From: an uncultured candidate division Zixibacteria bacterium
GTDB lineage: Bacteria; Zixibacteria; MSB-5A5; GN15; FEB-12
NCBI GenBank assembly: GCA_963806185.1
Contig: CAWDXE010000001.1
Coordinates: forward strand, 768,001 to 832,000
Direction of reading: 5' to 3'
DNA length: 64,000 bases
This document shows positions 19,240 to 29,593 of the stretch, piece after piece. Numbering within the stretch: position 1 is the stretch's first letter; each line of letters opens with the position of its first letter. The notes under the pieces were generated by a model that saw only the letters and a list, made by a program, of their open reading frames with translations, had not been told where the DNA came from and did not search any database. Position numbers and translations under genes: made by a program.

Positions 19240-22062
19240 ATGACATCTCAGAGACTCGGGTATCCATTGCTCGCCGTCGCCTTCATGTTGCTCGCCTCTT
19301 CAGCCCCGTTCGCCACGGGGAATCCCATTTATTCGCCGAGTGTCGTCGCTGACACCCTTCCCTACTACGATACCTCGAGCTACGACAAGTCGATTCCTGC
19401 CCCCAACGCCTACACGTCACACCCCGGCGGCGAGTGGCCGGCGTCGTGGTCTGAAGTACTTGCCTACGCGCGAGCGGTCGCCGAAAAATCAGATCGTGTG
19501 CGATTCTTCACACAGGGAGAAACTTTCGAAGGTCGCGCGCTCATCTACCTGGTCATCTCCTCGCCGGAAAATATCCGGAATCTCGACAGTCTTCGCTCCA
19601 CGATGGCGCGGATCGCCGATCCCTCACAATCAATACCCGCTGCCGAACTTGACAAAACTACCGAGTCACAACCGGCCTTCGCCTGGCTCGGATACAGCAT
19701 CCATGGCGACGAACTCTCCGGCACTGACGCCGCCGTGCGTCTGATCTGGCACCTGGCCGCGGCGAACGATCCGGCGACACTCCGAATTTTGGAAGATCTC
19801 GTCATCATCATCGACCCATCGGAGAATCCTGACGGCCGGGATCGTTACCTGTCAATGCTGCAAACCTACCACAGTAATATGTCGAACTGGGACGATCAGG
19901 CGATGCAGCACAACGGTGTCTGGCCGTGGGGACGCGGCAACCACTATTGGTTCGACCTCAATCGTGACTGGATATTTGTCACTCAGCCCGAGACCAGGGC
20001 ACGCGTAGAAACTATTCTCAAGTACAATCCATTAGTGGTGGTCGATGCCCACGAAATGGGTTCCGACGACAACTTCCTCTTCGGCATGCCGCGCGAGCCG
20101 ATCAATCCGAATACGCCGCCCACCGTGAAACAGTGGATGCAGGTGTTCACGCAGGAACAGGCCAAAGCGCTCGACAAATTCGCTTGGCCCTACTACACCG
20201 GTGAATGGCACGAGCAATGGTTTATTGGCTACGGTTCAGCCTGGCCCACCATGTTCGGCGCTCTCGCCATTCTCTATGAGCAGGCGCGGGTCGGCGGCGG
20301 CGCCATCATGCAGCCGGGCAATTATCTGTTGCATTATCAGGAGGCGGTTCACCATCAGTTTGCCTCCTCCCTGGCCAATCTCACGTCGCTCGCCGATCAT
20401 CGCGTCCAGTTGCTTCGCGACTATCGCGAAACCCGCCGCCAGATTGTTGAAAACGGCCGAAAGTCCAATCTTGCCTACCTCGTCGTGCCCGACCGTGACA
20501 GCGCACGCCTCTCAACATTCATCAAATCACTTCTCGATCAGGGTATTCAGGTACAACGGGCCAGAGCGGAATTCACTGTGAGTTCCGTCACCGACATCTA
20601 CCACAAGAGTCTGTCGTCAAAACGATTCCCCATCGGCACTCTCATCGTCTCCACTGCTCAGCCTCATGGCGCACTGGTTAAGGCGATCTTCGAATTCGAC
20701 CCGCATTTCGATCAGACAGAACTGGATCTGGAACGTCGCGAAGTAGAAAAGACCGGCGGCACCCGTCAGTACGAAACCACTACCTGGTCGGTGCCGCTTG
20801 GTTATGACCTGGAAACATATGCTACTACTTCCGACTTCACTGCCACAGTCGTTCCCCTTTCCTACTTGCCCTCGTCTCCCGGCTATCTCATCAATGCCGG
20901 CGCCCAGGTTGGGTATTTGGTCGACATGCTGGGGGAACTTACCTACAGACTGCTCAACCAACTCTTTCAGCACGGCATAAACGTCTACGCCACGGAGAAC
21001 GCCGTCACTGTCGAAGGACGCACTTACCCGCGTGGCTCACTGTATATCCGCAAACGCGGCAACCCCGCCGACCTCGCGCAAACTCTGGAGCGCCTTGCCG
21101 GGCAGGTGGGCATCAGCATTTATGGTGTCAATACGGGCCTCGCAACCGAAGGCTCGATGCTCGGCGCTCCGACCTTCCGTCTGCTCACCGAGCCGCGCAT
21201 CGCGCTTGTTGCCGGCAACCCCATGGACTTCAGTTCTGCCGGTTCAATTTGGTTCACGATCGATCGCCAACTCGAACTCCCCCATTCGCTCCTCAGCCTT
21301 GAGTGGCTGCCCTACACGAATCTTGACAAGTACAATGTGCTGATCATTCCCGACGCCTGGGGCGGACAGATCGGCGAGCGCCTCGGCAAGAATGGCGCCC
21401 AAACCCTCCGCACCTGGGTTGAAGCCGGCGGGACGTTGATTCTCGTCGGAAGTTCCGCCGCCTGGGCGGCCGATACCGCCACCGGCTTGTCATCGGTCCG
21501 CCTTCGCAGTCAGGTGCTAAATGATCTGGGCGAATGGGAAAAATCTTTGCAGCGCGAATTGGCCGCCGAAAAGATCGCTGTCGACACCGCCTCCGTTTGG
21601 AACCCCGCAAGAGTACCGAAGGACACATCGAAAGTTCAAGCGACGGACTCAAAAATCATCGAAGCCGACGAGCAATGGGCCACCCGTTTTCAGCCCCGTG
21701 GCGCCTTCCTGCTGGCTGAGATTGATACTACGGAATGGCTGTCATTTGGCCTCAGGAAAAACCTTCCTGTGCTCGTCTACACCGACAAAATCTTTCTCTC
21801 TAAAAATCCGGTCATCGCGGTCGCACGACTCACTAACGACAAGAACGAGCTTCGCCTCTCCGGCCTCCTCTGGCCCGAGGCCCGCGAGCGGTGGGCCGGC
21901 TCTGCCTTCGTGACTCGCGAGTCTGTCGGAAGCGGCCAGATCGTTCTCTTTGCGGGAGAGCCGAACACACGTGCCTATGCCTGGGGCACGCGGACACTCC
22001 TGGCCAATGCGGTCCTCTACGGCCCCGGTTTCTGCGGCTCGCGTATCGATTATAAAAAGTAG
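19240..22062 (+). CDS. Secreted M14 family zinc carboxypeptidase with C-terminal extension
   Basis: Signal peptide, SIHGDE, NPDGR, DLNRD and DAHEM. Confidence 0.9.
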   Translation: MTSQRLGYPLLAVAFMLLASSAPFATGNPIYSPSVVADTLPYYDTSSYDKSIPAPNAYTSHPGGEWPASWSEVLAYARAVAEKSDRVRFFTQGETFEGRALIYLVISSPENIRNLDSLRSTMARIADPSQSIPAAELDKTTESQPAFAWLGYSIHGDELSGTDAAVRLIWHLAAANDPATLRILEDLVIIIDPSENPDGRDRYLSMLQTYHSNMSNWDDQAMQHNGVWPWGRGNHYWFDLNRDWIFVTQPETRARVETILKYNPLVVVDAHEMGSDDNFLFGMPREPINPNTPPTVKQWMQVFTQEQAKALDKFAWPYYTGEWHEQWFIGYGSAWPTMFGALAILYEQARVGGGAIMQPGNYLLHYQEAVHHQFASSLANLTSLADHRVQLLRDYRETRRQIVENGRKSNLAYLVVPDRDSARLSTFIKSLLDQGIQVQRARAEFTVSSVTDIYHKSLSSKRFPIGTLIVSTAQPHGALVKAIFEFDPHFDQTELDLERREVEKTGGTRQYETTTWSVPLGYDLETYATTSDFTATVVPLSYLPSSPGYLINAGAQVGYLVDMLGELTYRLLNQLFQHGINVYATENAVTVEGRTYPRGSLYIRKRGNPADLAQTLERLAGQVGISIYGVNTGLATEGSMLGAPTFRLLTEPRIALVAGNPMDFSSAGSIWFTIDRQLELPHSLLSLEWLPYTNLDKYNVLIIPDAWGGQIGERLGKNGAQTLRTWVEAGGTLILVGSSAAWAADTATGLSSVRLRSQVLNDLGEWEKSLQRELAAEKIAVDTASVWNPARVPKDTSKVQATDSKIIEADEQWATRFQPRGAFLLAEIDTTEWLSFGLRKNLPVLVYTDKIFLSKNPVIAVARLTNDKNELRLSGLLWPEARERWAGSAFVTRESVGSGQIVLFAGEPNTRAYAWGTRTLLANAVLYGPGFCGSRIDYKK

Positions 22063-22084
22063 TCAATGGTAGTCCTCATTTGGC

Positions 22085-22108
22085 GACGGGTGGTGTGAGC
22101 CACCCGTC
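22085..22108. terminator. GC-rich hairpin after the M14 gene (terminator or REP-like)
   Basis: Perfect 9-bp stem GACGGGTGG/CCACCCGTC with only a weak U-tract. Confidence 0.4.
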
Positions 22109-22273
22109 CTCTATCCGTATACCGATCTATATTATCCATTTCGTCTTGCCCGCTGCCACTCCGGTTGTTATCATGTCTCGGTCGTCGCGTAACCCGATTC
22201 CGTTCGGCATTGCCAAGTCGGGACTGTAATTGCCGCACCGGCATCCGCCGCCACGTACAGAGGAGACACCTGC

Positions 22274-23266
22274 ATGCGCTTAGTCGGAAAAATAATTCTC
22301 GGCATCATCGCCCTTGGCCTGGTGGTAGTAGTCGGATTGGTCGTCTACGTGAAACTGGCCTATCCGAAAGTCGGGCCGCCGCCAACCGTCACCGTTACCC
22401 CGACCCCCGAACTGCTTGAACGCGGTTATTACCTCGCCAATCATGTGGCAGTCTGTATGGACTGTCACTCCGAACGCGACTGGACTCGCTATTCCGGTCC
22501 GGCCAAAGACGGCACGATGGGCAAGGGCGGAGATCGCTTCGGCGAAGAATTCGGTTTCCCCGGAAATTTCTACGCCAAAAACATCACACCGCACAATCTG
22601 GCGGATTGGACTGATGGCGAGATCATCCGCGCCATAACAGAAGGCGTTAATCGCGAGGGCGAGCCATATTTCCCGATCATGCCCTACCCGTCGTACAAGC
22701 ACATGGCTGCCGAAGACGTTCAGGCCATTGTCGCGTACGTCCGCTCGCTCCCGTCGATAGCGTCCGAACCGGCGAAATCAGAAGCCAACTTCCCTTTCAG
22801 TCTGATTATGCGGCTGATACCGGCACCCGCCGAACCGATGACCATACCGGCCAAGAGCGATACGACGGCGTATGGCAAGTATCTGGTGACTATTGCCGGT
22901 TGCGGCGACTGCCATACACCGACCGACCGGGGCCGTCCTATCGATTCGATGCGTTTTGCAGGCGGAATGGAATTCAGCCTGCCCTGGGGAATTGTGCGCT
23001 CGGCCAACTTGACCCCGGACAATGAAACGGGCATCGGCGACTGGGACAAGGAAACCTTCGTCTTGCTATTCAAAGGGTACGACAACGATGAGGCACGCCA
23101 TCTCTCTGTCCCGGCCGGAGAATTCAACACGGTCATGCCCTGGACCATGTACGCCGGTATGACCGAAGAGGATCTGGGCGCCGTCTACACCTACTTGCAC
23201 TCGCTGAATCCGATCACTCATCAGGTGGAGCGGTTTACTCCCCAGGGAACAGCCGTCAGCCATTAG
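22274..23266 (+). CDS. Membrane-anchored diheme cytochrome c
   Basis: N-terminal TM anchor. CMDCH and CGDCH are each followed by N(I/L)TP...W...MP, showing an internal duplication. AGGAG RBS. Confidence 0.9.
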   Translation: MRLVGKIILGIIALGLVVVVGLVVYVKLAYPKVGPPPTVTVTPTPELLERGYYLANHVAVCMDCHSERDWTRYSGPAKDGTMGKGGDRFGEEFGFPGNFYAKNITPHNLADWTDGEIIRAITEGVNREGEPYFPIMPYPSYKHMAAEDVQAIVAYVRSLPSIASEPAKSEANFPFSLIMRLIPAPAEPMTIPAKSDTTAYGKYLVTIAGCGDCHTPTDRGRPIDSMRFAGGMEFSLPWGIVRSANLTPDNETGIGDWDKETFVLLFKGYDNDEARHLSVPAGEFNTVMPWTMYAGMTEEDLGAVYTYLHSLNPITHQVERFTPQGTAVSH

Positions 23267-23290
23267 GCCGGGATTATCAGCCCTCATCGA

Positions 23291-23317
23291 AGCCCCGCTA
23301 CAGCGGGGTTTCTTTTT
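23291..23317 (+). terminator. Intrinsic terminator
   Basis: GCCCCGCT/AGCGGGGT stem followed by TTCTTTTT. Confidence 0.8.
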
Positions 23318-23322
23318 GTCGC

Positions 23323-23336
23323 TTGATCAAAGTCAA
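23323..23336. promoter_or_regulatory. Candidate FNR/CRP-family box
   Basis: TTGAT-CAAA-GTCAA versus FNR consensus TTGAT-N4-ATCAA, 72 nt upstream of the multiheme cytochrome start. Confidence 0.55.
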
Positions 23337-23408
23337 ACCGATTGCAGTCGCGATTGATTGTCCTTATTTTCACAAGACCTTTTGGACCGATAAAGTAGAG
23401 GAGTTGGC

Positions 23409-24924
23409 ATGGCGGATACGATCAGGAAGCAAAGTCTTTTCAAGCACCCCTTGGCGGCATGGGGCGGTGCGTTGTTTTTTGCTGGCGCGGCGGCCTTCAT
23501 CATTCTCGCCATTGTCGACCTTATGGCCGCTGTCGACAACCCGTACCGGTCACTCATAACCTTCGTCGGCGCGCCGGCTGTCAGCCTGCTCGGTTTCATC
23601 CTCTTCATGCTGTCAATCCGCATACAGGTCATGAAAGCCCGCAAGCGGGGCGAGAAGGTCCGCTTCAATTTCGCCATTGAACCCTCCGATCCCGGCTACA
23701 TGCGCAACCTCTGGCTCTTTCTCGGTCTGACCGGCACATTCATCTTCCTGGTCGCTTACAGCGGCTATAAAGGATACGAGGTCACCGACTCGGTTGGCTT
23801 CTGCGGCGAAACCTGCCACACCGTCATGAATCCTCAGGCGGTCACCTATCAGAATTCCGCGCACGCCCGTGTCCCCTGCGTAGAATGCCACATCGGCCCC
23901 GGTGCGTCATTCTGGGTCCGTTCCAAAGTTGACGGCGCCCGACAGGTCATCGCGGCGATCTTCAATACCTACAGTCGCCCAATCGAAACACCGGTCATGA
24001 ATCTCCGGCCCGCCCAGCAAACCTGCGAAGGGTGCCACTGGCCCCAGCAGTTCTACGGTCAGAAGTTGGTTACCCACACCTACTACCGCTCTGACTCCGC
24101 CAATACTCCCTGGACGGTTTCGATGCTCGTGAAGATCGGCGGCGGCAATCCGCGCTCCGGCCGACAGGAGGGCATCCACTGGCACATGCTGCAGGAGAAC
24201 AAAGTCGAGTACATCGCGTCGGATCGCAAGCGCACGTCCATTCCGTGGATACGCGCGACCAAGGCCAACGGCGAGGTTTCCATCTACACCGACCCGGGCG
24301 CAACCATGCCTGATACGACCGCCGACAGCGTGGAAATTCGCCGCTTCGATTGTATGGATTGCCACAATCGCCCCAGCCATCGCTTCCAGTCACCGGCTGT
24401 CGCGATTAACCTTGCCCTCTCGACTCGCGCTATGTCACCGGGACTCCCCTATGTGCGGCAGGTTGGTATCGACCTTTTGAACGCGAATTACGCCACCAAA
24501 CAGCAGGCGCTCGATTCCATTGCCAAAAGTCTGCCTACTTACTATGCGACTAACTATCCCGATATGGTCTCGTCGCATAAGGCCGATATCGATCAGGCGG
24601 TCGGGGCACTGCAATCGATTTACGATCAGAACTTCTTCCCGGAAATGAAAACCGACTACCGCGCCCGAGAAAATCACCTCAGCCATTTCACCAACGACGG
24701 CTGTTTCCGTTGTCACGATGGGGTCAAGAAGAATGAAAAGGGCGAGGTGTTAGCTCACGACTGCCGCACCTGCCACACGATCGTGGCCCAGGGGCCGTCG
24801 GAGAGTATTGCTCAGGCTGGCCAGCAATATCAACGGGTTGGATTTCCAGCATCCGGAAGATATCGAGGACGCCTGGAAGGAGTCCAAGTGCACCGAATGT
24901 CACACGCCGGAATCGGGGTATTGA
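23409..24924 (+). CDS. NapC/NirT-domain heptaheme inner-membrane cytochrome c (ImcH-like), 1-nt frameshift near 24815
   Basis: Three N-terminal TM helices, then CGETCH, CVECH, CEGCH, CMDCH, CFRCH and CRTCH. The shifted frame continues LASNINGLDFQHPEDIEDAWKESKCTECHTPESGY to TGA at 24922-24924. Confidence 0.88.
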
Positions 24925-26604
24925 TCAGGCTTTGACGATTTTGCGGTAACGGTTGCGGCGGTTTTCGAATAACTTGCCGCCCAGTTCCTTCTGGCGCCAC
25001 TCTTCGTATTCGCGGAAGTTCCCCGTGAACCACCGCACCTGACCCTCGCCTTCAAAGACGAGCAGGTGCGTGCAAATGCGGTCGAGAAAGAAGCGATCGT
25101 GGCTGATCACCAGCACGCAGCCACCGAAATTCAAGATCGCCTCTTCCAGCATCCGCAGCGTATTGACATCCAGATCATTGGTCGGTTCGTCGAGCAACAA
25201 CACGTTCCCGCCGACTTTCAGCACTTTGGCCAGATGGGCGCGATTCCGCTCGCCGCCCGAAAGCTTGTCGACCGTCTTCTGCTGGTCTGATCCCTTAAAG
25301 CCAAACCGCGAGAGATACTGCCGAAGCGGCACGGTCTGCTTGCCGAGCTGCACCTCTTCGAGCCCGTCACCAACTTCCTGCAGGAGTGAGTGCGTGCCCA
25401 GCGAATCGCGGCTCTGATCGACATACCCCATCTTGACCGTCGAGCCGATCACCACCTCGCCCGTGTCCGGCTTCTCTTTGCCGACAATCAGTTTGAGAAG
25501 CGTGGTCTTGCCGGTCCCATTGGGACCAATCACCCCGACTACCGCCGAACGCGGAATGATGAAATTCAGATCGGAGAAGAGAATCGTGTCGCCGTACTGC
25601 TTGGCAACATTCTTGAATTCAATCACCTTGTCGCCCAGCTCCGGTCCCGGCGCAATCGTGATGACGGAGCTGTCTTCCTTCGCGACCGCATTCTCGCGCG
25701 CGATCAGTTGCTCGTATTCCCGCAAACGGGTGCGGGCCATTTCGTGACGGTCATTGTTTGACATCTTGATCCAGGCCAACTCATGCGCCAGCGCCCGCGA
25801 GCGAGGGGAATCTTTCTTCTCCGCCGCCGCCAGTTTGGCCAGCTTCTGTTCCAGCCACGACGAATAGCTTCCCTCGTACGGAATCCCCTTTCCGTCGTCC
25901 AATTCCAGAATCCACTTGGTGATGTTGTCGAGAAAATACCGATCGTGCGTGACGATAATCACCGTGCCGGGATAGTCCTTAAGCTGTGTTTCCAGCCAGT
26001 CGATCGTTTCAGCATCGAGATGGTTGGTCGGTTCGTCGAGCAACAGCAGATCCGGACGTTCGAGCAACGCCCGGCAAAGCGCCACCCGTCGCCGTTCACC
26101 ACCCGACAGCGTGTTGACAATCCGGTCATCTTCGGGCAAATACAAAGCGTCAGCCGCGACAGCCAGATGCTGGTCCAGATTCCAGGCGTCGACCGCGTCC
26201 AGTTTGTCCTGCAGCACCCCCATCCGGTCCATCAGCTTCTGCATCTGGTCGTCCGACATCGGCTCGGCCATCTTGCCGGTGACCTCGTCGTACTCCTTGA
26301 GCAGCTTCATCGTTCTGCCGAAAGCTGCTTCCAGATTCTGCTTGACCGTCTTGTCGTCGTCGAGTACCGGCTCCTGGGCGACAAATCCCGACCGGTAGCC
26401 GCCGAGCAGCTCGGCCTTGCCGACAAACTGATCGTCGAGCCCCGCCATGATGCGAAGCACTGTTGACTCTTGCCGGCGCCGTTTTCTCCCGACGATGCCG
26501 ATCTTGGCTCCGGGGTAGAAACTGAGGTAGATGTCCTTGAGTACCTGTTTCTGGCCGTAGTACTTATTGAGGCCGAGCATCGTGAAAATATATTGTTCGC
26601 CCAT
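24925..26604 (-). CDS. ettA: ABC-F energy-dependent translational throttle protein
   Basis: Two ABC domains and no TM. LSFYPGAKIG, LSGGE twice, LLLDEPTN twice, GIPYEG, ELAWI. The first Walker A is locally scrambled by compensating indels. Confidence 0.92.
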   Translation of the reverse strand: MGEQYIFTMLGLNKYYGQKQVLKDIYLSFYPGAKIGIVGRKRRRQESTVLRIMAGLDDQFVGKAELLGGYRSGFVAQEPVLDDDKTVKQNLEAAFGRTMKLLKEYDEVTGKMAEPMSDDQMQKLMDRMGVLQDKLDAVDAWNLDQHLAVAADALYLPEDDRIVNTLSGGERRRVALCRALLERPDLLLLDEPTNHLDAETIDWLETQLKDYPGTVIIVTHDRYFLDNITKWILELDDGKGIPYEGSYSSWLEQKLAKLAAAEKKDSPRSRALAHELAWIKMSNNDRHEMARTRLREYEQLIARENAVAKEDSSVITIAPGPELGDKVIEFKNVAKQYGDTILFSDLNFIIPRSAVVGVIGPNGTGKTTLLKLIVGKEKPDTGEVVIGSTVKMGYVDQSRDSLGTHSLLQEVGDGLEEVQLGKQTVPLRQYLSRFGFKGSDQQKTVDKLSGGERNRAHLAKVLKVGGNVLLLDEPTNDLDVNTLRMLEEAILNFGGCVLVISHDRFFLDRICTHLLVFEGEGQVRWFTGNFREYEEWRQKELGGKLFENRRNRYRKIVKA

Positions 26605-26710
26605 GGGTGGCTTTCCGCGCTAAAAGGGTCCTGAAATTGCCTGTGATCGGTCAGTATGTAGCGCGAAAATAGACGGAAGTCAAGCGGGGTGTTGGGGCAC
26701 CCCGTACGGG

Positions 26711-28249
26711 CTATTTGAGATAAATGACCTTCTTCGAATCCCCGCCGGAGTCGGTGGTGGCGCGGATGAAGTAGACGCCGGATGACCTATCCCCCGCATT
26801 CCAGGCAATCGTCTGCTCCCCGGCTCCGAGTTCATCGTCATACACCGTGGCAATTTTCTGCCCCAGCATATTGACAACGTCGATCTTCACCCGCTGGCGA
26901 CGGTCATTGCTGACGGGCAGGACGATACTCCCGTTGAACGGATTGGGGTAGGGCGCTCCAAGCGCAAACGACGCCGGCAAGGCGTCAGGCGAATTGTCGT
27001 CGACACCGGTGGAGACGTCGAGGCGGTAGACGGAGATGGAGCTATCGTTGTAGGTAACGAGACGCGGCTGACCATCGCCAAAGGAAGTGGTCCAAATGTG
27101 TTTTGACGGCGGCAACGGAATGCACGCCAGACGGGCGCCGTCTTCTCCACGGAATAAGCACAGTGAGCTATCGTACTGGGCGAAAAAGTACCCGGGAAAC
27201 CACGGGTGATAGACAATGGAGCCCTGAAAGCGATAGTCCCTGATGAACCAGCGTAGGGTCAGCGAATCCGGCGATGTGATGTCATACATCGCATAGCCAC
27301 CGCCGGAGCTGGAGTCTTCGCTATTGGTCCGTTCGCCCCAACTACGCAACCACCAGTACCAGGTTGCCAAATTCGGTCTCGAAGATCCAGCAACCATTGC
27401 GCCAATATCACCAACATAATTGTATTCTGCGGAATACTCGTACAACATACTCGCGACCTTGGAGCTGCCCCCAAGTGACGATACGATTCTGCTTGTCCCA
27501 TTGGGCCGCAGATGCGCTACTTCGGCACCATCGCTGGCGAGTTCAAATCCTATTACACTCAGGAAATAACTCCAGTGATCGCTGCAGAACACCAATGACC
27601 CATAGTCCGCATCATTGTACTCCCGAACCTCGCCTACGAAGTTGTCCGTCGCCCAAGTGATAGAATCAGGAAAGTGGTCGTATAACAGAGCTAGATTCAC
27701 TACCCGAAACGGATACTCGGGCATGGTAAGACCCAGACTAACCAATAACTCTTTCAACCCGTCATTGTCCAGATCCACGGCATCAAAGGCTGATACCTTC
27801 AATGGCGCCCAAGCTTCAAACGAGGCCCGACGCTCCAGTGTATCTTCGGCCACAAGGGAGTATCCAAGAGCACCATCGAAGAGACGGACGAAATGTTGAG
27901 AGGGAAGAGCAACATGAATATCGGAGATGGTGGAGATGTAGGCGATATCCGCCTTGCCATCGCTCGTCAGATCCGCGACAACAAACTTCTCAATGTATTC
28001 CGGATCCGTCACCGATGCGTGAAAGAGTATGGAGTCGCCGGCAATATCACAGAGAAACACGTCGTGCCGCCCAAGTACTCCGACTTCCGGAAATCCGTTA
28101 GCCGTAACATCGGCGAATACCACCTGAGAGACCTCGCCGACAGACGGCGGCGTGAACGTCAGATGGTGCACTAGCTCAATCGTCGCGCCGAATGCTGCTG
28201 ACGCCACAAAGCTCAACGCAAGACCGACTAAACTCATGACTCGACGCAT
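26711..28249 (-). CDS. Secreted protein with FG-GAP/VCBS-like repeats and a T9SS-type C-terminal sorting domain
   Basis: Signal peptide; DVTANGFPEV, DLTSDGKADI, DLDNDGLKEL; C-terminal YPNPFN...SSGVYF...KKVIYLK. GGAGGG RBS before ATG 28249. Confidence 0.82.
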   Translation of the reverse strand: MRRVMSLVGLALSFVASAAFGATIELVHHLTFTPPSVGEVSQVVFADVTANGFPEVGVLGRHDVFLCDIAGDSILFHASVTDPEYIEKFVVADLTSDGKADIAYISTISDIHVALPSQHFVRLFDGALGYSLVAEDTLERRASFEAWAPLKVSAFDAVDLDNDGLKELLVSLGLTMPEYPFRVVNLALLYDHFPDSITWATDNFVGEVREYNDADYGSLVFCSDHWSYFLSVIGFELASDGAEVAHLRPNGTSRIVSSLGGSSKVASMLYEYSAEYNYVGDIGAMVAGSSRPNLATWYWWLRSWGERTNSEDSSSGGGYAMYDITSPDSLTLRWFIRDYRFQGSIVYHPWFPGYFFAQYDSSLCLFRGEDGARLACIPLPPSKHIWTTSFGDGQPRLVTYNDSSISVYRLDVSTGVDDNSPDALPASFALGAPYPNPFNGSIVLPVSNDRRQRVKIDVVNMLGQKIATVYDDELGAGEQTIAWNAGDRSSGVYFIRATTDSGGDSKKVIYLK

Positions 28250-28425
28250 ATTCCCTCCAGCTTGTCCTACCCTCAAGATATGCCATAAAGACGTTCCAGC
28301 AACACAATTGTGGAATGACTTAACGATAATATAAGACATTGCCTTACAATAACATGCCCAACAAAATACCCCGACACACCTGCCGGGGTACATAATGAAA
28401 CAAGTCTGTTCAGATTGAAGTCTGT

Positions 28426-29517
28426 CTACGCCTTGTCGACCTTCTCCCCTGTCATCAATTCAATCTCCGACAACAACGTCTCGACCAGCTGGTTCTCATC
28501 CATCCGCTTCACAATCTCACCCTTCTTGATGAGCATCCCCTTACCGTCGCCGCCGGCAATCCCTACGTCCGCGGCGGCCGCTTCGCCCGGCCCATTCACT
28601 GCACACCCCATCACCGCCACTTTCAGCGGCGTCTTGATATTGCGCGTGCGACGTTCAATCATCTCCGCCATCGGGATCATATCGATCTGACATCGTCCGC
28701 ACGTCGGGCAGGCGATCACCTCGACCCCGTCGGTCTTAAGCGCACAGGCGGTGAGAATCTGTTTCGCCACCCGCACCTCATGCACCGGATCGGCCGTCAA
28801 CGATACGCGAATTGTATCACCGATACCGGTCATCAGGATCGTCCCAATCCCCACCGAACTCTTGATCGATCCCGTCTCCAGTGTCCCCGATTCAGTGATC
28901 CCCACGTGCAACGGATACTCGCACTTGGCCGCCAGCATGTGATACGCCCAGAACGCCGTCACCGTGTTGGTCGACTTGACCGATATGACGATATCAGTGA
29001 AATTCATATCCTCGAGCACCGCAATTTCCCGCAGTGCTGCCTCGACAAACCCTTCTGGATTATCGTGACCGTACTTCTCCAGCACATCTTTTGGAAGTGA
29101 TCCGGAATTGACGCCGATCCGAATCGGCACCCCTTTATCCTTGGCCGCCTTGGTCACCTCGCGGACTTTCCACTCCGCTCCGATATTGCCCGGATTGATC
29201 CGAATCTTGTCAAACCCCGACTCAATTGCCTTGAGCGCCAGCTTGTACTGAAAATGTATGTCCGCCACGAGCGGCTTGGTTACCCGCTTGCGGATTTCGG
29301 GGAGAAACTCCGATGTCCGGTGGTTGAGTACCGCCAGCCGAACGATGTCGGCACCCGCCTCGAACAACTGGTTGCACTGCGCGACCGTCGCCTCGACGTC
29401 GGCGGTGTCGGTCGTCGTCATCGACTGTATGGCAATGGGAAAGCCGCCGCCGATCAGCACGTCGCCGATCTTGACACCCTTGCTTTTGCGGCGCTTTATG
29501 GGATACGGTATTTCCAT
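28426..29517 (-). CDS. ispG: (E)-4-hydroxy-3-methylbut-2-enyl diphosphate synthase
   Basis: IQSMT, PLVADIHF, RINPGN, RIGVNSGSL, GIGDTIRVSL, CPTCGR and MGCAVNGPGE. Confidence 0.97.
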   Translation of the reverse strand: MEIPYPIKRRKSKGVKIGDVLIGGGFPIAIQSMTTTDTADVEATVAQCNQLFEAGADIVRLAVLNHRTSEFLPEIRKRVTKPLVADIHFQYKLALKAIESGFDKIRINPGNIGAEWKVREVTKAAKDKGVPIRIGVNSGSLPKDVLEKYGHDNPEGFVEAALREIAVLEDMNFTDIVISVKSTNTVTAFWAYHMLAAKCEYPLHVGITESGTLETGSIKSSVGIGTILMTGIGDTIRVSLTADPVHEVRVAKQILTACALKTDGVEVIACPTCGRCQIDMIPMAEMIERRTRNIKTPLKVAVMGCAVNGPGEAAAADVGIAGGDGKGMLIKKGEIVKRMDENQLVETLLSEIELMTGEKVDKA

Positions 29518-29593
29518 AGCGAACTGAAGTCCTTGCATGTATACTAAGGCCGGTAATTTACCCATTTTACACAGCGACGCAATGGAAAGTTGG

